Of a stretch of DNA of 64,000 nucleotides, positions 21,474-50,900 are shown piece after piece. Numbering within the stretch: position 1 is the stretch's first letter; every line of letters starts with the position of its first letter. Source of the DNA: Chrysomallon squamiferum (taxonomy: Eukaryota; Animalia; Mollusca); the NCBI GenBank assembly GCA_012295275.1, contig CM022671.1:21266001-21330000 (forward strand). The letters run 5' to 3'. Position numbers and translations under genes: made by a program. The notes beneath the pieces are model-generated. The model did no database searches, was not told the origin of the DNA, and saw only the letters and a list, made by a program, of their open reading frames with translations.

Positions 21474-21675
21474 ACCTGAAATAAATTTAGTTTCGGATTA
21501 TTAAAAATATCTTTAAATGTATAGATTTTTCTGTTTAAAATATATTTAAATTAACAAACAAAGAAAGATAAACAATTAATGCTAGAAATCATTAGGCTGG
21601 AAAAAGAACAATATAAACAGATACAATAAGACTTACGTTCTGTCGTGAGTTAAACATGTTCAGTGTTTATCCCCC

Positions 21676-21683
21676 CCTCTCTC

Positions 21684-21762
<79 letters not shown>

Positions 21763-22051
21763 TATTCACTCACTGCCATGTCTCTCCCTTGCTCATTGTC
21801 ATATTATTCATAACGACCAGGTATTTTATATAAATCAGGCATGTTGAATTCATGTATAACTGTTACAATCTGGAATATTCTGCAGAATATTTTTCAAATA
21901 ATCACCAGAAGTATTTCTTTATAAAACAGTTATAACATTATAAACAGAAATTAATGTGTAATTTTGAATCTTGCCATTTGCCGTGAATTCAGTTCTGCCT
22001 AGTCACTGTTTTATTAACATATTATTATTATTATTATCGTGAGATATGACT
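21676..22051 (-). repeat. Right arm of the inverted repeat (partner 15627-15987), just upstream of the GPCR2 coding exon
   Basis: CTTATTCACTCACTGCCATGTCTCTCCC...GAATTCAGTTCTGCCTAGTC...ATCGTGAGATATGACT is the reverse complement of the 15.6-15.9 kb segment. Confidence 0.85.
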
Positions 22052-23418
22052 GTGTGTTTTCATTTGTTTTTCTTTCAATTAAAAAATTAAATGTTTTCTG
22101 GTAATTTATACATACCTTTGTTGTTTGTGGGAAACAAAAAAACGATAGGATATAAAATTATGAACTTACCTATGTATCTATATAAGTCAGTGCTTGATGT
22201 TTTAAATTTATATATTTATTTTTCGTTTCTTTGTTTATTTGTTTGTTTTTTTGTTGTTGATATTATTATTACTATTATTATTATTATTTTGCGTGCTTGT
22301 TTTGTTTGTATTAGGCAACAGCGTAACGCATAACAAAAATTATACAAAAAAGTTATATACATACCACATTTTGGTTTTAATCCTATGTTTTCCAATATAA
22401 CCAAAGAATTTTCACGTAAACATTTTTTTGGGGAGAGTTCTTTTGTTCCGACGTTAAATCATCGTTTAATTTGTCTACTCCGGCGACTAACTAGTTCTAC
22501 AGAAGTAAGCACACGTAGAAATGCATAACGCAGATGTGTTCACCCTTTCTTACTAGTGTTAAACACTCAGTAAGAAATACTACGGATGCGTAAGCGAATG
22601 GAAACGTACAATTCATTTACAATGAACAAAATAGCACTCGAGGACCAATGAACTACCGTCAAGTATTTGCGTCACTGGCAGAGGATTCTTTCTAAATGTT
22701 ACTACGTGCAAATGCTAAGCCTCACTCAAAGCCATTCAAGGACGAAAGAATATAATAAATTGTTTTGTGATCTTCGCTATGAATTACGAGTAAACACATC
22801 ACTTAGAGTTTTAGAATTGGTCAGCGCTCTAGGTCCCTGTAGTAATTATCTGAGATAATTCGTTTTCATTTCAGTACAATAAAAAGAGAGAAAAAAAAAA
22901 AAATCTGCAAATTATTTTCGATTATTACAATAATAATCTTCTTAATTCTTATCGAAAAATAACAGTTAATAATCGTAATAAATAAAGTGATTTAGTACTT
23001 ACTCAAAATTATTGATTTGTGCGATGTTTGGCTATAATTTTGTTAATGATGTAGAAAATTGAAGCATTGTTTTCTGAACGAATCAGTAATCTTAATTTTG
23101 AATGTTTAGAGAAAAGAAATGAAAATGTCGACTTTTAGTCTTTGCACTTGATCAAAAAAAAAAAAAAAAACGTTGTAAACGTTGTCGTATTTTATTGAAT
23201 ATGTGTACACCACCATTAGGAGCGACTGGTAAACCTCATCGCTTGACTGTTGTCATAACTATAGATTTTTTAGTTCCATGAGCATTTCAATAAAGAATTG
23301 TTCCTGCATGATTCTAAATGATTTTCTCGTCGAATTCAAAAATAAAACTTGGTTTTTCTGTTTTAAACTGAGAGAATATTTTTAAACCGCTAGGTCCTAA
23401 TGAAGAAGTGCACTTTAT

Positions 23419-23565
23419 CACTCAGTGATTAGAGGACTGGTGTAAAATATGGAGGTTCTAGGATCAGTCCTCGTGAAAGACTTCAGTGGGGATTTTACGT
23501 TCCAACCAGGACCGCGCGGTTCATTTGTCAAAGGTTGCGGTTTGGGTCTGACAAATCTGGATCCG
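23419..23565 (+). mobile_element. Possible degenerate tRNA-derived SINE head
   Basis: GC-richer island with loosely A-box/B-box-like segments (CTCAGTGATTAGAG...CTAGGATCAGTCCTCG). A CGTTCCAACCAG motif recurs in reverse as GGCTGGAACG at about 61826. Confidence 0.3.
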
Positions 23566-24492
23566 CCAAAAAAAAAAAAGGATTCAAAATTTTGTTTGTT
23601 CTTTAATTTATTCATTATAGTTTAGAAATAATTAAACAAATGGACGGAAGGATGGATAAAACAGAGTTGAACAAAGACAAAAAATTTGGATAAAGTTACG
23701 AGACACTTGAAAAACACAATCATCCAAACCTATTTCATTATATCATTAAATGCTCTGATCAAAGACAAAATGATATGGTGTGCAAAATAAATTTATTACT
23801 GTCTGGTTCAGTCAGGGAAAATATTACAAATCAGTTACAATAAAAGGCACATTATAATTTTAACTCATTAAACAGGACAAAGCAAATATGAAGTTGCGCA
23901 TTAAAAATGGTGTTAAGTCGGAATATCGACTTTAGAACTATCACTAACAAATCTATGTCGATTTTTCAAACGTGATGTAAAAAGTTGAAAAACTACTTCA
24001 TTTATCGACTCCAACAGGAAAACAAAAAATCCGTAATGCTAAACTAATATGCATTAGGTGCTTCCTGAAGTCCAGATCGAATATGTTAGTCATCATTTTT
24101 TTTTTTTCTGTCAGAATTTTCCATTATTATTGATATTCAACTATGTATATTTCTGCAGTCTTAATTGCTGTAGATATGAGACTGGTATCAAAGTGAAGCT
24201 TAGGCTATAAGGTATGTGAAAATTAGCAATATGCAATATCCTCGGAATGAGATTTAATCACTGATTTAATGAGCAATGTCATAATTTTAAAAATATTAAA
24301 ATAAGAGAATATTATTAAGTGGCAATTATTAACAGTTAGCCACTTATACGATATTGTTGCAAATCCCGAGAAATAAAAAGTTTATAGCATTTCTTTCAAT
24401 TATTTAAACGTAAATAAAAATGAATAAAAATTACATTATATATATATATTTTAATTTTATTATTTTTTTTTTTTATTCATTTATTTATTTTT

Positions 24493-24540
<48 letters not shown>

Positions 24541-24946
24541 TTTTTTTTTTTTTTTAATTATTAATATTATTATTATTGTTAGTACTAGTAGTAGCGTTTT
24601 CTTAGAACATTGACGAGAAAAAAATAATGTAAGTAAATCCATTTAAGCAATATTCCACAACAAATTCGATTTAAATTTTAGGGATAATGATGATGTTGAT
24701 GACAATGATAATCATCATCATCATCATCATCATCATCATAATCCACCCAGTAAATTACAATTCTGGTAAATTTCTAATATAAAAGTAATGTTCTTATCAC
24801 AGCTAACGCTTAAAATAACAGAAACATTATTTAAAATATTTTAAAAATATCTAAGTGATAATACTGAAAGATGTGTATTTGTCCATATACCACACTATGT
24901 AAAATCACACACTATCAAAATATCGCAATAAAATAAAAATAAATAA

Positions 24947-24977
<31 letters not shown>

Positions 24978-25408
24978 ATAGATGTGTTAATAAATAATCC
25001 ACACAATATTCTATTAAAATTCAAAAGTGTATGTATTTAAATATTTAAGTATTCTTTACTGTATATTTAGGGATTTAAACATTTATTTCAAAGAAAAAAA
25101 AAAATAAAGCTTTTGAAAGGCAGATAAAGTAACAAAAACTTTTTGTTATTTACTTATGTCACAACGTTTTGAAAATGACTGTACACGCATTTTATAAATA
25201 TTTCAACAATGTCTATTTGAGAGAAAAGAAAAGAACTTTAAATATTGCAACAGCAGTTTGAATTCATCGCTAACAACAATGTATATTAGTTACAGTGAAG
25301 AAAACGTATGAAGTAAGTCCTGTCCTATTTTCTAGTTTTTATAGATGTTGTTGTTTTCTGTCAGTTTGAGTTATCACAGTGTAATTTTGCCAGTGTCGCA
25401 GAATCCAC

Positions 25409-41040
<15,632 letters not shown>

Positions 41041-41147
41041 GTTTGTTCTTTGTTTTATATTATCTTAGTAGCAGCGACTCTGAATGAATAGAACATAGAT
41101 AATATACAAAATATAATTATAAGCCTTGAAGGAGTACATACATATAT

Positions 41148-41216
<69 letters not shown>

Positions 41217-41594
41217 ACACACCTGATACACTGTAAATTCAAAATGTTTATATAAACAGCTTTCACAGTCTTAGAAAAACTATTCATATTATAGTGTGTT
41301 GTACAAAACACAGCACCCCGATAACTCATTAAAATACTAGTAACTTGTATAAACGCTTATTTGCAGGTGAATATTTGCGCTCGTATATATTCAAATTATA
41401 CAGCCAGTACAAATATCACATTGTATAAAAATACTTCCTTTTTTTATTCAAGTCACGTGGTAACAATCCAGTTTCCGTCTATATGTTACCAGTTTTATGT
41501 TTTATTTCTGTCTTTATATTGTAGTTTATGGAAATAGATAAAACATTTGCCAAAATAGCAGCTTTTGTGTAAAAAAAAAAAAAAAAAAAAAATC

Positions 41595-41790
41595 GACATT
41601 AATGTGCTTTCAAGACTACGAGTAGGTACACATTAAATATATGTTGTTGCTAATCGAGAAAGAGTAACCCGTAATTGGTAGCCTCGAGTTTCCTCTCTCA
41701 TTCTCTGTATGATCCTTAATTATAATATTCTATGTATGATGTCATATAAACATGCATTAAAATGTGTTGACTCTTTTATTTTATTTTATT
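41595..41790 (+). repeat. Interspersed repeat, copy 1 of a direct pair (copy 2 at 43744-43935)
   Basis: GACATTRATGTGCTTTCA...GTACACATTAAATATAT..TTGTTGCTAATCGAGAAAGAGTAACCC...ATTGGTAGCCTCGAGTTTCCTCTCTC is shared by both copies. Confidence 0.8.
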
Positions 41791-41808
41791 CATTTATTTT
41801 ATTTTAAA

Positions 41809-41870
<62 letters not shown>

Positions 41871-42697
41871 GTTATTTATTTGCTTATTTATTTATTTTAT
41901 TACTTCCATCCTTGAAACAAAACGTTTGTTAATATTTAAATGTAAATTACAGTTGTTACACCGGCGGTAGTGAAATGATATTCTTACACGAGGTATCCGT
42001 CAAGCAGGACGAGTGACAAACTTTACCAATGGGATTCGGCAAACTTTGAACGTGTAAATAATGTATCATGTGAAGTGGGTGAGAAAAAAACAGACCGTTG
42101 ATAAATAAAAGCAGTAATGATGTGGGTGGTATTGGAAATTATCGAGGTTTAAATAATTGTGTATGTGATAGATAACAGATTAATAGTTTAGACTGAAATC
42201 CCAAGAGAAGAGACATTTTTTCTTTCTTTCTTAAAAAAATTAATAATAATTAACCTATCTTTCTCATCAAAATGAATGAAACAAAACTTGGTTTCTTTTT
42301 CTTCTTATTTTTTTTCTTTCTTTTTCCTTTATTTATTTATTTTATTTTATTTTTTTTCACTTTTTAATTTAATTTAATATTTTTTCTTATCTTCGTCGTT
42401 TTTGAAAGGACTAGCAGAAGACTGCCTTACTTAACTATTTTCATTTTTACTGTTATTCTCTGTGTCTTATTTTGTTTTACTTACTTTCAGTCAGAATTGT
42501 TGATTTCGACGTTAACAAAGTTTTCTTCTTCTTATTATTATTATTATTATATATAATGGATAATTTATTAAGTTACTTGAGAGAGAACAGGCGCTAACAT
42601 TAAACTAGCCAGGTAGTCTAGGACACAGACCTCCTCATAGGTATCTACTATTGATGTTCTGGAGTCGCAGTTTTGTACAAATTATTGTCTTAAGGTG

Positions 42698-42738
<41 letters not shown>

Positions 42739-43039
42739 AATAACAAAGCAAACATAATAAAACGAAAATGTACCGGTAACGGTTCATTGTTCATAATAGT
42801 TTAAACCCAATAGTTTAATTGTCAGTTCATAACCAGTTTATATTTTTCAGTGCTATGTGCGGTATGGACTAAACAACTCTCAAACTGTTCATATGGCTTG
42901 CATTCTCCAATACAGACGCCATTTTGTTTCCTTCACTATCTTGTCCTGTTACTGTTATATACGAAACATCTCTAGAACCAAGCACGGAAATACGACATTT
43001 AAAATAGAATATTAGTAAAGGTAACACTCCTGAAACAGA

Positions 43040-43430
43040 CTTTCAAATGGATTTAGAAAGTAACAGTTCACTAAACAGTCCTCTGTTTGAAAATGAAATA
43101 CAGCAAAAACTTCTTGATATTAAGCACACTATTGACTGTGTCATACTTGTACGCGTCAAACGTTTTAATTTAATGTTTGAAAAGGGTATCTTCCCTGACC
43201 CGTGGTATAATTAAGCCAATTTATAAAAGTTGTGATAAAAATAATACAGAAAATCACCTATCACCTATGATTTAATTGTGCTAAAAAAATCTTTACTGTT
43301 GTATGACAGACCAAAAGTTGCATCTTCAAACAAATAATAATTATACTATCGGAAGCTAAAGCAAGATTTACAAAGGATTATTTGTACAAATAACCACGCT
43401 TTCACATTACATGCAATTTAGAACACTGTT
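43040..43430 (+). mobile_element. Decayed LINE reverse-transcriptase fragment (non-LTR, CR1/L2-like)
   Basis: Frameshifted pieces translate as SLNSPLFENEIQQ, KRFNLMFEKGIFPDPW, GIIKPIYKSCDKNNTEN, IILSEAKARFTKDY and NHAFTLHAI. These match the typical LINE RT order (FN..G.FP..W..IIKPIYKKGD...NYRPI...Q.GFR..). Confidence 0.7.
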
Positions 43431-43743
43431 TGTACACTATTTGAAACATCTGTGTTCTAAAATTTGAAGGATAATTAATCGTCATAACAAACGTTTTCAC
43501 TTACTATACAAATTACTGTCATTAAATTGACGGTAAACGAGTCCCGAATCATTATGTTGAACGCGAACGTAATTGTAATTAACAAAAATAGATGTCGCTT
43601 AAACCATTTATGATTAAATGTTTTAAATTCTAAGCTACATAATTTGGGGAAGTGTTTTGGAATCATAACAGCCCCAAAACACTTTTCTAGGAAGTTTTCT
43701 CTAGAGTGTTCTCAAGCTGCTGAGTGCGTACTTATTGAAATAT

Positions 43744-43935
43744 GACATTGATGTGCTTTCATTACTATGGGTATGTACACATTAAATATATCTTGTTGCT
43801 AATCGAGAAAGAGTAACCCTGATTGGTAGCCTCGAGTTTCCTCTCTCGTTATCTGTGTGATCATTAATTATAATATTCTATGAATGACATCATATAATCA
43901 TGCATTAAAACGTACTGGGTCTTTTAGTTTATTTA
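43744..43935 (+). repeat. Interspersed repeat, copy 2 of the direct pair
   Basis: High similarity to 41595-41790. Confidence 0.8.
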
Positions 43936-44005
43936 ATTTATTTATAAACTTTCGCTCCAGCCCTTTCTAAAATATACCCCTTTACGACAGACACATCGTT
44001 AGTAA

Positions 44006-44367
44006 AATGTTAAAATACTTGAATCATGTAAACAACAAAACAAAAAACATACAGATAATTAGAAAACACACTAATTTCAAACCTGCTAAGTAATATTTAA
44101 TGTTAAAATGCTTAAATCATGTAAACAACGCAAAAACGTTTAGATAATTAGAAAACACACTAATTTCAAACCTGCTAAGTAATATTTAATGTTAAAATGC
44201 TTGAATCATGTAAACAACGAAAAACGTTTAGATAATTAGAAAACACACTAATTTCAAACCTGCTATGTAATATTTAATGTTAAAATGCTTGAATCATGTA
44301 AACAACAACACAAAAACGCACAGATAATTAGAAAACACACTAATTTCAAACCTGCTAAGTAATATTT
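44006..44367. repeat. Tandem repeat, 4 copies of about 90 bp
   Basis: Unit AATGTTAAAATGCTTGAATCATGTAAACAAC...AGATAATTAGAAAACACACTAATTTCAAACCTGCTAAGTAATATTT. Confidence 0.92.
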
Positions 44368-44859
44368 AAAACAACCAGATACAAACCTCAATTCATTCTG
44401 CGACTTACCGTATCATAAGCAAAACTGTGTGGTTCTTAACATGCAGAGTTAATATGCTTCCGAATATTGGTTATATTTGTATGTTTGTAATGTAGCCGCT
44501 AATTAAAACAAAGATAGACTGTTAATAAAAGAACATAACCATGGCTATTTTAATTGTTAATGTGTTGAAAATAATGTTTGGATAAATCTGGAATGGCTTT
44601 AATCAATCTCGACCTTTATGGTAACTATGCCATAATGGTATGAAGATAAAATAATCATATTTTTCTATTACTTTCTAAGAAATTCATGGTTTGTTTTTCT
44701 ATTTTTATGTATATATGTTTGTGTAATAATAACAATAATAATAATAATTATATTATTATTATTAGAAACAGAGAGAGAGAGAGAGATTAGAGAGAGAGAG
44801 ATTATTATTATTATTAATACAGAGAGAGAGAGAGAGAGAGAGAGCCCACATTAGAAAAA

Positions 44860-44907
<48 letters not shown>

Positions 44908-45252
44908 TATTATTATTTTAAATGGACAGTTCATAAGAAAGCTACCGTCATAAGAATAATCATTATTCAGGGCCGATATAAATGCATCGTATTTAAACAA
45001 AGTTTTGAATTAGAAATGGCCACAAAAAAATCACCATTTTGAGGACACTGAAACTAAATGAAAACATTCGACACACACAGCGGAGACTGTTATTAATCAT
45101 TTAATAATAAGTTTGATAACACCTGTCAGGTTACTGCAATAATAAGTTTAATAGCACCTGTCAGGTTACTGCAATAATTAGTAATAGCGGCTTTGATGTG
45201 ATTTACATTATGGATGGATCACGCGCATGCATGCACGTATGTGTGTGTGTTC

Positions 45253-45298
<46 letters not shown>

Positions 45299-45367
45299 AA
45301 AATGAAATAAAATACGAGTGCCGTTCCTGGAAATGGAATATTTTCACTGTACTCAGTGTGTTAATAG

Positions 45368-45404
<37 letters not shown>

Positions 45405-45483
45405 TCTTTAGAATAACTAACTGCATTAAAATTTCTGAAAATTATTAATTAAATTTAAGATGTTAAAACTGAAGTTAGCCTAC

Positions 45484-45745
45484 CTCAATCTCAAAACTTC
45501 TTCGTTTGTTTCTCCTGAAAACTAAACCTGCAGTCTGTTGATCTCGGGTTTTTACCTGCACTTTTTACCTGTATTCACGTGTTTTCTTGACGACTTGCAG
45601 TGACGCATGCTTTGCCTAGAAACCGAAACTGTCGTCAGCGACAATTCACAGAGGAAGCGGTCATATTAATATTAATTAGAATTAGCAGTACGTAGAATAC
45701 AATTACGTAACCATTGCTATGGTAAACTTTAAACAGGATGCAAAT
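45484..45745 (-). promoter_or_regulatory. Candidate non-coding first exon and proximal promoter of NOS-A
   Basis: Minus-strand donor GAG|GTAGGC at 45483 and an acceptor giving an exon start at 41079, ahead of the ATG. Adjacent motifs: CACGTG (45576), TGACGC (45601), GAGGAAG (45651), ATTACGTAAC (45702) and ATGCAAAT (45738). Confidence 0.3.
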
Positions 45746-46558
45746 TATACGCAAATATATGTAAAACAGCAAACCGCTCATTAATACATTCATATACAAA
45801 AAGGTTTTCTGTCTGACGTTTGTTAAACATTCTTTACAAAATTTTTACTAATTTATGTATGAAAACGAAATGCTTTACATTTAAGTTCGAGGCGGTTGTC
45901 TTTCCCTTTTCTATTTTTAATTACTCTGAGATACAATCTTTTTGTTTGAATACTGCTTCATTGTACAGTCTATTCTCTTATACAGCAATAAAACCAACAG
46001 TCATAGCGGGGATCTTTATTTATCTTTTCTTTGGATTATTATTTATTAAAACGATCTTTCTTTTTTCAGATCGAATCGAGAATGAATAATGAGGAAAAAA
46101 TAAATACAGAAGAAAAAGAAAGAAAGAAGAAATGTTTTATTTAATGTCACATTGAAATCATTTCCAAGGAATCTATGGTTATATGCCGTAATCATTATTA
46201 CTGTTTATAACTTTAAGACTAATAAAGGTTTTTTTAAATAAAGGAATTAACTACCAGTTTATAGATCGAGATGCATCCAGACATTGCAAATATAGTCAGT
46301 TTAAATTTCTTTTATAACAGTCAATATGCTGAATTAAAACATACTAAAGGGGCAGCATCTCTCAAACATCTGTAGCAAACACGTCTTACAACAAATAATT
46401 CTATTCACTGGTTTAATTCCTAGTCTAATAACTTGTAATATATATATATATATACACCTACATACCAGTGTATATAGTTATGTGTATGTTTGTTTGTGTG
46501 TATGTACACACATATATACACATACATTCATATATGTCTATGTGTGTTTATAAACATG

Positions 46559-46592
<34 letters not shown>

Positions 46593-46736
46593 TTTGTAAC
46601 GTTAAAACTGATGGACTTTTCGTTGCTTTCTTAAGTATTGCCTTTACGTACTATTACATTTAAACGGACAAAATCTCCGACAGATCTCTGTTGTTTTTAG
46701 ACATAATATTAATGTACTTTTTTTTAACTTAAATCT

Positions 46737-46823
<87 letters not shown>

Positions 46824-47593
46824 CGATTTATAAATTAGATAGAACCAATGAGAAAACGGATTACCATGAAAAATATTATAAATTACGGTCTGCAGGCTCA
46901 ACAGCTTGCTCCTTTATTATCAGAAAAGACTTGATCGCCACTAACTAAATAAAACAACAATTTGAATGAATACAAAAATTTATTTAAATCATTTATTCGT
47001 AATATCAGATAAACAGTTTTAACAAAATTACATTCTTAGGCAATCTCATGGTTTTTGAAACTATATTTTAAATAATTTCATTTCGTGTTACTGTTTTTTT
47101 CTTGTTCTGTGCAGTAACCTCAATTTTCATGATTTATTCTAAGGTCTGTGACCTTTTCCTGCCCAGATAAACAGTGTATCGTGACGGTGTTATCTGAGAA
47201 AGGCTTCAGTAACAGAAACTAGTGTCAACTGTTTTAAATATTTTAATAGTAACGTGCAAAAGCCGTCAAGCGTACTATTGTAAGCGCCATTAATTTTCAC
47301 CTTCTGCGCCGAGAAGTGTAAACCTATACTTCTACCCTGATCAACTGAGAGCCGTTTATTGCTTTACTATTGTTTTCATTATTATTTTAAATTTAGCTAT
47401 CTATATATATCTATATCTATATCCCTGTTTGTCTCTCAATCCAACCATCCATCCTTCTATCTATCTGTTTCTTTCTATTTACCTATCTATCTTTCTTTCT
47501 ATCTGTCTATCTATCTATAAATATGTATATAGATCCATCTATCTATCCATCTATTTATATGTTTGTTTATCTATCTATCTATCTATCTGTCTG

Positions 47594-47658
<65 letters not shown>

Positions 47659-47922
47659 ATTATGCTGGTTAAGTTTTAGGATGAATTTGTTTTATCTGGG
47701 TTTTTCGGGAATAAAACATTAGAAAAAAAACCCAGGTTTGTCATCAACACATTGTTTCATTTTATTCGTTTATTTACATTACGATCAAATAAGAACGTTT
47801 GTCTCTGTATTTCACGAAATAAATGGTGAAAGGCAAAAAACAAACATTTAAACAACAATAACAATATTGAAAAAAACACCAGTGTATATACTGCATTCAT
47901 AATTTAATTTTTATTTATTTAG

Positions 47923-50900
47923 TTATTTTGTCACTCGGTACGTTAGTGAGTTCCTATATTTGTGTTTGTATTGCTGTTCGAGAATGTCCCTGGGTTGTTG
48001 CTTGCCTGCGTCATCGAAATCTGGTTTGACTGCGTACACGACGTCGCCTCAGTGGCAGAATCGGCCGTTCTCGCCTTGCAGGTGACCCACTGCAATATTC
48101 TGTCACGAAATATGTCGTTGAAAGCTGTGTACAGGAAAGAAATTACTGGAATAATTTATCAACTCCAGCACTTGAGATAGCTCTCTAATGATTATTAGAG
48201 TTGTGTCCCTTGTTGTGACCAAACTCTCTTTGCGAGAAAACGCGAGATTGTAGCTAACCATGGCAGGCGTCAGAAGGATGACGTAAGTAACGCTGAGACT
48301 AATCAGCATGGCGGTGGCTTTGATGTAGCCCTCGTTTTGTCCGGAAGCGCTGGAGATCTGTGACCTTAACACCATGTGTCTGCGCAGAACGACGCAAGTG
48401 ATCGGCGTCAGAACAAGCATTATGGCCATCGGCAGAACCACTATCAACACAGATCCAATGACGATCAGCAACATCGCTTTCTTTTGCGATTCTGGCGTCA
48501 CAATCGTCTGGATGCACAAACCATCGACGATGTCGGCTGTCGTGATCCAGATGCTGCAGTAAGCGGAGGAGGCGAGGACAACGCAGACGATGCTGATAAC
48601 AGTTCGTGTTCTTGTACAAATCCGTTTGACTTTCAGAGGAAAGCAGACGGCAATAAATCTCTCAAAACAAACCAGTACTATGAGCCAGGCAGAAACCATT
48701 TTTGAAGCTCGGCGAATGAAATTATATATTTTACAAGAGGCGCTGTTTACTGAGGGTAAGTCAGCACCAATGAAATCGATGACGAAGGGTTTGTTGAACG
48801 GCACCGCCAACAGAACGACGTTGTCAGCCACGGCCAGCGACGTCAGAATGATGCTCCAGGTCATGTATCTAAATGGTTTTGTACTCATGGTCGCTATGGT
48901 CACAGAGTTTCCAATACTGCCAATCACTAAAGCTATAGGCAGAGTTATCTTTCCGGCATAGTCTTGATATGTGGATATCTTTGATGTGTTGTATTCTCCA
49001 GTTGTTTCAGAATCTTCACGGACTGTCGCTTTGGGAAAATTGCCTTTACCATAGTTGTTTGTAGAAATCTGCATCGTCTGCTGTGGTGATGTTCTGCGAC
49101 TCAAAGACAGATCAGTAGATACAGAGGATTCGTTGCCTGGTTGTCCAGATACGTTAGACTCCTCCAGATTATTGTTTGGTGAAGCTGTCACATTCTCACC
49201 TTCTGTCTGAGCAAACAGTATGGCCGCAGTAAAAACGTGCATCCAAATCCCTATTGTTTTCCTAAAACATCAGATATATATAGATAAATTACAGCTATTT
49301 AAACACATACAAGCGAATATAAATACATGCATACAAACGTCATATAATGAATTTTAAATGCATGCATACATATGTCATATAATGAATTTAAATGCATGCA
49401 TACAAACGTCATATAATGAATTTACATGCATGCATACATACGTCATATAATGAATTTAAATGCATGCATACAAACGTCATATAATGAATTTACATACATG
49501 CATACATACGTCATATAATGAATTTAAATGCATGCATACATACGTCATATAATGAATTTACATGCATGCATACATACGTCATATAATGAATTTACATGCA
49601 TGCATACATACGTCATATAATGAATTTAAATACATGCATACAGACGTCATATAATTAATTTAAATGCATGCATACAGACGTCATATAATTAATTTTAAAT
49701 GCATGCATACATACGTCATATAATGAATTTTAAATGCATGCATACATACGTCATATAATGAATTTTAAATGCATGCATACATACGTCATATAATGAATTT
49801 TAAATGCATGCATACAAACGTCATTTAATAAATTTTAAATGCATGCATACAAACGTCATCAAATGAATTCAAATGCATGCATACAGCCGTCATATAATGA
49901 AGACTTTGATAGTTATCTGAATACTTTAATGCAGGTCTTTTTTTTTGTGGGTTAAAAGTGGGTTAATGAACTGATTGTGGACCATGAATTGTTAACGCTC
50001 AGAACAGAATGCTCATGCTTTTATATGAACATGTCACGAATCGAGAATTTAAGGTGCTCAAGAGACACTCATCTTTCCACCTATGAAGTTGTTTTTACAC
50101 CATTTAAAATCAATATTTAATGGACAACGTCAAATACTTCACTTCGTTTGAATTTTGATTATTCCTTCCAGTAATAAAAAAAAAAAAACAAAAAAAAAAT
50201 AAATAAATAAATAAAATAAAATGATGGATGTTTTCCACGGATCAGAACGGTCATATTTCACATGTTGTTGTCAGTGTTATTTGTCTCAATAGCTCGTAAA
50301 TTTACAATATCTCGTTCTGAACAAAAATCAGTTAACGCTGGTTTGAAACAAATTAATGCAAATATTAAATGTGCATTTGTCTTTACGTCTGACAGCCGAT
50401 TTGTCACTGCGCTGTGTTTATTATAGACTTCATGTTTCTGCGTAAAATATTCCATATGTAATAGGAAGCCAACGTATTAATCATGTTTCGTTTATTTAAC
50501 ATTTCCGTCATGACATTTATTACGAAATTAAGGTTTAATAATGAACCTGCAATTTTACTAAAAGATTAAGTGAAAAATATACATACATAATACATACATA
50601 CATACATACATACACACATACACACATACAAACATACACACATACACACACACATACATACACACATACATACATACATACATATACAAAAATATACAAA
50701 CGTATGCAAACATATATATATATATATATATATACACCCACACACACACACATATATAGATACATACACAAACTAAATACACACATAATACGTATATGCA
50801 TGACAGATAAACATATCCTTAAATACAGTTTATACATGTTTAATCTTAAAATGTCTATTCTCCAGCCGCCTGTGTCTTTTCTCTACATATTACAATTTGT

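Noticed and set aside
23770-25408. AU-rich instability elements in the NOS-A 3'UTR (iNOS-like)
   Set aside because: ATTTA motifs are uninformative at this AT content, and the UTR end is unknown.
49321-49901. 34-35 bp repeats as a CRISPR array
   Set aside because: Head-to-tail units without unique spacers, eukaryotic context, and no cas genes.
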